Shown: one piece after another, positions 7,401 through 11,138 of the stretch | Position numbering within the stretch: position 1 is the first letter of the stretch | Layout of the letters: each line of letters begins with the position of its first letter | Source: an archaeon | GTDB taxonomy: Archaea > Iainarchaeota > Iainarchaeia > Iainarchaeales > CSSED10-239 | Assembly: GCA_041677685.1 (NCBI GenBank) | Contig: JBAYPN010000023.1 | Span: forward strand, 1 to 11,138 | DNA length: 11,138 nt | Direction of reading: 5' to 3' | Notes under the pieces: model-generated | The model's input: the letters and a program-made list of their open reading frames with translations, nothing else | What the model was told of the DNA's origin: nothing | Databases searched by the model: none | Translations under genes and position numbers: made by a program

Positions 7401-7956
7401 TTATGGTTTACAACAAATATATGCTGTTAAATATTATCCATTAATTACTCTTAAAGATTTAGAAAGATATGTTAAAAAACAGGATTTCTTGGACACGCAG
7501 ACTTATAAAAAACTTTACTATAAATTTGTAGAAAACTATGAAGAAAAAGATTATGTTTCTGCAATTAATTCTATAGACAAAGTTACAATTAATAGGTTGG
7601 TGGAGATAAATGCTGAAAAAGAATTATTGGAGAATGGGTTAGAACAGATTAAGAGAGATTCAAAAGAAATATTAAATAATTTTATTGAAGAAAATTCTGA
7701 TAACGAAAATATACAAGGAATAATCTCAAAGGCGGTTGGTTTTTATGACTCTAAAAAATATCTAAATATAATTATTCTACTTAAAAATAATTCAGAAATT
7801 AAAGACCAAAATGAGAACACTTCTAAAAAACAAATCATAATTATTTTGATATTCTTAATCATACTTTTCTTACTCTATATTCTATTAAATACTAAGAAAA
7901 ATAAAAAGAAAGAAACAAAAATAAATAAGAAAAAAAAGATATTAAAAAATAACTAA
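4408..7956 (+). CDS. Giant (1,182 aa) orphan envelope protein: lipoprotein-type signal peptide, Cys-containing N-terminal region, beta-rich middle, long helical or coiled-coil-like C-terminal half, C-terminal TM anchor with poly-Lys tail
   Basis: From GTG 4408 the N-terminus is MKKYLIFFLLLIILSLSG|C, with lipobox LSGC at nt 4453-4464. Eight further Cys residues all lie between ORF-track residues 40 and 457 (nt 4498-5751), and there are none afterwards. A beta-pattern region spans about nt 6031-6735, for example YTFEIVNNKYYFTLTNPFSFNLEGVVYTQVP and ININLSLKRNETKNYTLQIL. E/K/L/I/N-rich helical stretches lie on either side. The hydrophobic helix IIIILIFLIILFLLYILL (nt 7834-7887) is followed by NTKKNKKKETKINKKKKILKNN. 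No enzymatic motif is recognised. Confidence 0.85.
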   Translation: MKKYLIFFLLLIILSLSGCIHLLNTQQKQMCLTVTHYSKNSLPNCATQSACLEKVNEINYSNKLPFQIYNELTVYKNNIASTYLFYNNSVKNIEKINNNCDTNNPKELIDGLNDFFYYVTNIFKYNDYASEQSIIIIKDLTVYLQNQDVELIPEEEIYNDYILLNKNLNELKINKSNIHYINKLNKEIKNLHVVAEDFGFKKTYLSETNYTDLISYYYNVAQVPSADIKIPKAYPAINYLITNVSKLETLEKINKNLGNANTYNFYLLLDRIVGTKDSVHTDFVEIVNRFNRNYDTIFLKIKELEKNISENKDYLLDERYNDFLVEKRNFENKEISFGKYLADLKIIENEIYNNKITSQIDDEEKSKELLACQELILEAKNYKNPYFKNKIKEYENTDNYNVKIEICNQLEVSLQNESCLEELKTVQESEKINFEEFLFLKINDVFECNEYLQTINQKLEGDSTLVYINKLILENKKIISEIKNKEKTLKQDSEILDLENKVDVDRLLQNYKKIINSENIIKQELEINGLLLDITKQLINNEKYTFEIVNNKYYFTLTNPFSFNLEGVVYTQVPISDKIISKDNLLTIKKNKIYLQKLLPNKNYYQVEIENHKNIIREIIKLDLDKTIVRLIITNDVINFIDTFYLPKNLIITSSNTEYSLVEENENRTLRYLTKEQTEFIYVADVLENNPEIENIEMLTEEKYIITSHFSLKNIFEEDIITTPVTIYKIDSDDEIIVKENNKEVYFEKENNSININLSLKRNETKNYTLQILKDKDGVLEEIQELNLIINDLKLSYFEDVQKIINLNKFLQLDTEKIDYSFEDIKQYYSLKQEIYDVLKLETENRIVEQKYISLHSELLEKLDEEELLKLSEIDYDKYKNIKYSLYLLENLKQKIIIKNKKETDKLIEENITKQREVENKISYLENEDVKNKLLKEITNINFDENNQTLFSNILEKVNNSAKTEATTIYELLIKLDNIIEEDTTNKLLEDIEWLYEDYGLQQIYAVKYYPLITLKDLERYVKKQDFLDTQTYKKLYYKFVENYEEKDYVSAINSIDKVTINRLVEINAEKELLENGLEQIKRDSKEILNNFIEENSDNENIQGIISKAVGFYDSKKYLNIIILLKNNSEIKDQNENTSKKQIIIILIFLIILFLLYILLNTKKNKKKETKINKKKKILKNN
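4424..4433 (+). repeat. T10 homopolymer inside the signal-peptide coding region of the giant gene
   Basis: The sequence tta aTT TTT TTT TTa ctt encodes L-I-F-F-L. It is the longest homopolymer run I noticed in the window; other runs I saw are 9 nt or shorter. Confidence 0.9.
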
Positions 7957-8039
7957 TTGTCTAAAACAAGAAGATCTTACCAAACCAATTATTAAAATAC
8001 ATTTAAACAAAAGATACAAATAAGAATAAAAAGAGTTTG

Positions 8040-8055
8040 TTAATATATATTTAAT
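8040..8055 (+). promoter_or_regulatory. TATA-like element (ttaatatatatttaat) upstream of the 390-aa surface-protein gene
   Basis: It is centred about 26 nt upstream of roughly nt 8073. This would place the transcription start after ATG 8056 and just before GGG (8071-8073) and ATG 8080. Confidence 0.35.
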
Positions 8056-8079
8056 ATGGATTTGTTATTAGGGAAAAAT

Positions 8080-9252
8080 ATGTATAGACTAATTAAAGTG
8101 TTTTCAATAATTTTAATAATAAGTATATTTTTTAGTAGCCTTAGTTATGCATCTGTAATTGATGAAAAACAATTTAAGGACTTTGGATATCTAGATAATG
8201 CAATTGAAAAAAACCAAAATAAATGTTATGAATACACAAATATTGAATTAAACACAGAACCTAATTACTCAACAGTATTACAATTAAAGATTAAAAACTA
8301 TATTCCTGTTAATGATGGTGTAACAATATCTATTTATTTGAATGATATTATAGAAAAAACAATAGCCAATAAAGATATTAAGGAAAAAAATATTATACCT
8401 TTAAATAAACTTAAAAATAATAATTCTTTAAAAATATGTGTGGATAACTCTTTTCTACCAACAATCACAATCTCAAAAGAAAGCACCATTGGAACATATC
8501 TTCTTGCAGAGATAAAAGAAGAAAACTTTTTTCAAACAATACAAAGTACTGTGCCTATAAATAAATTAATCCCAATTATAGTTTCTGTAAAAAATACTGG
8601 TTATGATAGCATCTACATTGAGTTAGATAATGCAAATAACTTATATATTGAAAACTCAAAGTTAAAAAATGTTTCAGGAGATGTTGAGTATAAGGGCTTA
8701 CTTGCCCCAAACGAAACTAAGACACTTACCTATTATTTTAAAACAAATAATGAAGCAAACTTAGCAACCCCCAGAGCAATCCTTAATTACACAACAGAAT
8801 TTGGAGAAGCTATTAAACTTTTAACAACTCCTGAGATTATTAAAGGTTATGAAGATCAATCTAAATTAGAAGTTTTTATAGATGTTTCTAAAGAGAATGT
8901 TGTAGAGCAAGAGTTATATGGAAAACTTATACTAAGAAATGTTTCAGAAAATGTCTTAAAAGATGTTTATATAATATCAAATTTTAATGGAACTATTGAA
9001 CTTGAAAAAAATAAAGTATATGAAATAAAGCCAAAAGATGTTATTGAAATTCCATTTAAGATTAAAACTTATGAAATTAAAGATTATAGATTAAATTTTA
9101 ATGTATATTATTTTACAAACGATTTAGAAAAAAATATTGGAACAAATGAAATAATAATAAAGTCAGTTGACCAAGATAACACTTTAACAAAATTAATTGC
9201 TAGTCTGCTAATTATTAGTGCAATCTTATTTATTTGGATTGTAAAATTTTAA
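8080..9252 (+). CDS. Type-I membrane-anchored surface protein with two CARDB/COG1361-like beta-sandwich segments
   Basis: From ATG 8080 the N-terminus is MYRLIKVFSIILIISIFFSSLSYA|SV, a classic signal peptide. The CARDB-like strings are LIPIIVSVKNTGYDSIYIELDN...LAPNETKTLTYYFKT and YGKLILRNVSENVLKDVYIISN...IKPKDVIEIPFKIKT. There are two Cys residues in the N-terminal part. The C-terminal TM helix LIASLLIISAILFIWIV (nt 9193-9243) is followed by KF*. ATG 8056 is possible but adds 8 residues ahead of the signal peptide and overlaps the TATA-like element. Confidence 0.8.
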   Translation: MYRLIKVFSIILIISIFFSSLSYASVIDEKQFKDFGYLDNAIEKNQNKCYEYTNIELNTEPNYSTVLQLKIKNYIPVNDGVTISIYLNDIIEKTIANKDIKEKNIIPLNKLKNNNSLKICVDNSFLPTITISKESTIGTYLLAEIKEENFFQTIQSTVPINKLIPIIVSVKNTGYDSIYIELDNANNLYIENSKLKNVSGDVEYKGLLAPNETKTLTYYFKTNNEANLATPRAILNYTTEFGEAIKLLTTPEIIKGYEDQSKLEVFIDVSKENVVEQELYGKLILRNVSENVLKDVYIISNFNGTIELEKNKVYEIKPKDVIEIPFKIKTYEIKDYRLNFNVYYFTNDLEKNIGTNEIIIKSVDQDNTLTKLIASLLIISAILFIWIVKF

Positions 9253-10991
9253 ACAATTCTTTTAAATAATTTTTCAAGTTCTGATTTAGAAAAATAAATT
9301 ATAGTTGGTCTTCCGTGGGCACAAATACCTTTGTCCTTACAGAGATTTAATTTTTTTATCAATTGAATTTGTTCAGGTAAAGTTAGTTCTTGGTTTGCTT
9401 TTATCGATTGTTTACAAGATTTTAATTTTAATAGATTATCTTTTAACTTATCTACGGTGTTTGTGCTTTCTTTTATATCTTCTAAAATATTTATAAACAT
9501 ATTTTTGTCTAAGTATTTGTCTAAGAATAGAGCAAGGGTGGTTAAGTAAAATTTATTATCTTTATAAACATAATTAAAACCTAATTCATTTAATTTTAAT
9601 TTGTTGTTTAACAAAATATCTTTATGTGCTTCTGACAGATAAGGTAAAGGCAATTCTGAAATTAAGTTTTGTTTTTCAAAAGTAACTTTTTGTCTATTCT
9701 TTTCTAAATTTATTCGTTCATCAGCAGCATGTTGGTCAATAAATAAAACTCCTTCTTTAGTTTCGCAGACAATGTAGGTGTTGTGTAACTGTCCAACAAA
9801 TCGTGTAATCTTGTGTTCAAACAAAGTAGGTAGCTCTTCTCTATCTGTTGTCTCTGAATTGAAAATAGATTGAGTTGGCTTATAATAATCATTAACTGTA
9901 TATTTTGTATTTCTAGAAAAATTGGTGTTTGATAGGGCTTTATTTTTATCATACTCAAATTTGTTTGAAGGGTTATCCATTTTAAAATAATCATTTAAAG
10001 AGTTTATTTGAGGGGTGCTTTTTCCTAAATTTTTTTCTAAAATAATATTTAGTTCTTTTTTTAATTCTGATAAAAAGAGCATCTCATTTAATAATTTTAC
10101 AACTCTTTTTTTAGGATGAACATTAACATCAACTGTTCTAGAATCAATTTCAAAAAATAAAATAAAAAATGGTTTTTGTTGAATCATCAAATAATCTTTG
10201 TATGCCTCTGTTATAATTTTATAAATCTGTGGAGAATAAACAAATCTTTTGTTAATAAATAAAAAATTTGTAGGAAAATAGATTTGGTTACTTGGGTTAC
10301 TAATTACACCTTTAAGTTTAAAGAAGTCATTTGAGATGTCTATAAAGATACCTTTAGATTTTATATCAGTTCCAAAAACTTGTAACAACCTATTTTCATA
10401 ATTTGTTTTTGGAAAAATTACTTTTTTCTTTTCAGAATTAAATTTAAAAGTGATTTGTGGATTTAAAAAAACATTTGCTAAAAAAATATCATAAAGCTTA
10501 GAAAATTCTACAGAGTTTGATTTTAAGTATTTTTTTCTAACTGGCAAATTATAAAATAGATCTCTGATCTCTATTTTTGTGCCTTTCTTAAAAGAGGTTT
10601 CTTTTACATCTAAATTTTCTACAAAGTAAGCTTTACCAGAATCATCTACAGAACTTGTAATCTTTAGTTTAGAGACTGCATTAATACTTGAGAGTGCTTC
10701 TCCCCTAAATCCAAAACTATTAATTGTTAACAGATCATCAATAGATTCTAATTTACTTGTTGTATATTTTTCTAAACAAAATAAAAGATCGTCTCTTTCA
10801 ACACCAAAACCATTATCAGTAACTTGTAATAAAGAGATTCCTGCATCTTTAACATCTACTGTGATTTCTGTAGCTTTAGCATCTATAGAATTCTCTAACA
10901 ACTCTTTTAAGATATCACTTGGATTTTCAATAACCTCTCCAGCACTAATTAAATTAATTGTTTCCTTACTTAATTGTTTTATCTTACCCAT
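9249..10991 (-). CDS. mutL: DNA mismatch repair protein MutL, endonuclease-proficient type (MutH-independent class)
   Basis: 580 aa. The GHKL ATPase motifs are ELLENSIDA, DNGFGV, GFRGEALSS and GTKIEIRDLFYNLPVRKKYLK. The transducer block is VDVNVHPKK. The C-terminal domain carries the full endonuclease signature DQHAADERINLE, which is DQHA(X)2E(X)4E (nt 9702-9737). It also has SCK (LKSCKQSIKAN) and CAHGRP (nt 9306-9323). Confidence 0.95.
   Translation of the reverse strand: MGKIKQLSKETINLISAGEVIENPSDILKELLENSIDAKATEITVDVKDAGISLLQVTDNGFGVERDDLLFCLEKYTTSKLESIDDLLTINSFGFRGEALSSINAVSKLKITSSVDDSGKAYFVENLDVKETSFKKGTKIEIRDLFYNLPVRKKYLKSNSVEFSKLYDIFLANVFLNPQITFKFNSEKKKVIFPKTNYENRLLQVFGTDIKSKGIFIDISNDFFKLKGVISNPSNQIYFPTNFLFINKRFVYSPQIYKIITEAYKDYLMIQQKPFFILFFEIDSRTVDVNVHPKKRVVKLLNEMLFLSELKKELNIILEKNLGKSTPQINSLNDYFKMDNPSNKFEYDKNKALSNTNFSRNTKYTVNDYYKPTQSIFNSETTDREELPTLFEHKITRFVGQLHNTYIVCETKEGVLFIDQHAADERINLEKNRQKVTFEKQNLISELPLPYLSEAHKDILLNNKLKLNELGFNYVYKDNKFYLTTLALFLDKYLDKNMFINILEDIKESTNTVDKLKDNLLKLKSCKQSIKANQELTLPEQIQLIKKLNLCKDKGICAHGRPTIIYFSKSELEKLFKRIV
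9260..9274 (+). terminator. T4...T5 tracts (ttttaaataattttt) just after the plus-strand stop, embedded in the mutL 3' end; candidate terminator
   Basis: Read directly from the sequence. Specificity is weak in AT-rich DNA. Confidence 0.25.
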
Positions 10992-11066
10992 AACAAATCA
11001 TCTTTATTTTGTGTAAAATTAATTTTATTAACTTTTAATTTTGTAAATTACTCTTCTACACTTCTA

Positions 11067-11138
11067 CTCTTCTAATATTCAAATAAACTACTCTTCTAAT
11101 ATTCAAATAAACTACTCTTCTAATATTCAAATAAACTA
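11067..11138. repeat. Three perfect head-to-tail copies of a 24-bp unit (ctcttctaatattcaaataaacta), truncated by the window end; degenerate ctcttcta and cttcta seeds lie just upstream (11051-11066)
   Basis: The copies are at 11067-11090, 11091-11114 and 11115-11138 and are identical at every base. There are no spacers, so this is not a CRISPR array. The array may continue beyond the window. Confidence 0.95.

Noticed and set aside
7834-7956. PGF-CTERM/archaeosortase or other sortase-type sorting signal at the C-termini of the surface proteins (also 9193..9252)
   Set aside because: There is no PGF (or LPxTG-like) tripeptide ahead of the hydrophobic helix. The ends look like simple stop-transfer TM anchors with a basic tail (giant protein) or almost no tail (390-aa protein).
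7957-8039. Possible small RNA, terminator hairpin or regulatory palindrome in the only sizeable intergenic gap (contains the 8-bp palindrome aagatctt at 7971-7978)
   Set aside because: The palindrome does not extend into a stem, no T tract follows it, and the region is too AT-rich and unstructured to support a tRNA or structured ncRNA call by eye. It is left unannotated apart from the TATA-like element further downstream.
9305-9994. ORFs 9305..9496 (+) and 9710..9994 (-, alternative frame)
   Set aside because: Both lie within mutL, whose frame is validated end to end by the ATPase and endonuclease motifs. They are shadow or off-frame ORFs.
11067-11138. Possible CRISPR array, because of identical short direct repeats at the window edge
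   Set aside because: The 24-bp units are directly adjacent with no spacers, the unit has no palindromic character, and no cas genes are in the window. This is a tandem minisatellite, not a CRISPR array.
1-11138. The whole window being bacterial (for example candidate phyla radiation), given the lipobox, GGAG Shine-Dalgarno sites and MutL; or being a mobile, viral or defence island
   Set aside because: The Taw3/TYW3 signature and the TATA-at-minus-26 leaderless geometry argue for an archaeon, and archaea also use Shine-Dalgarno sites and lipobox-like signals. No integrase, transposase, terminal inverted repeats, tRNA attachment site, capsid or terminase genes, or recognisable nuclease/ATPase defence genes are present. 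Residual uncertainty remains because no taxonomy search could be run.

Overview
This is a strongly AT-rich, very compact window: nine convincing protein-coding genes, almost no intergenic DNA, and no rRNA, tRNA, CRISPR array or mobile element that I can support. It looks archaeal. It encodes a Taw3/TYW3 wyosine-pathway methyltransferase with an exact (S/T)xSSCxGR motif and an Elp3-type radical-SAM/GNAT enzyme. TATA-like boxes sit about 26 nt upstream of start codons, which suggests leaderless first genes, while internal genes carry GGAG Shine-Dalgarno sites. A small-genome lineage such as DPANN is plausible but cannot be shown from the sequence alone.

Gene order:
- SPFH/band-7 protein, 5'-truncated by the window edge (+)
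- taw3 (-)
- 273-aa secreted beta-sandwich-like protein (+)
- elp3 (+)
- 106-aa winged-helix regulator (+)
- 116-aa orphan alpha/beta protein (+)
- 1,182-aa orphan envelope protein (+)
- 390-aa membrane-anchored CARDB-like surface protein (+)
- bacterial-type, endonuclease-motif-positive mutL (-)
- three perfect 24-bp tandem repeats running off the right edge

About half of the window (5,544 of 11,138 nt) encodes three predicted envelope proteins with no recognisable catalytic motif.

The best candidate for something undescribed is the co-directional block wHTH, small alpha/beta protein, giant surface protein (3683-7956) and its neighbouring surface protein (8080-9252). The giant protein appears to be anchored at both ends, and a T10 homopolymer inside its signal-peptide coding region could act as a phase-variation or attenuation switch.

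All functional calls rest on motif reading by eye. No database search, structure prediction or statistics were run.
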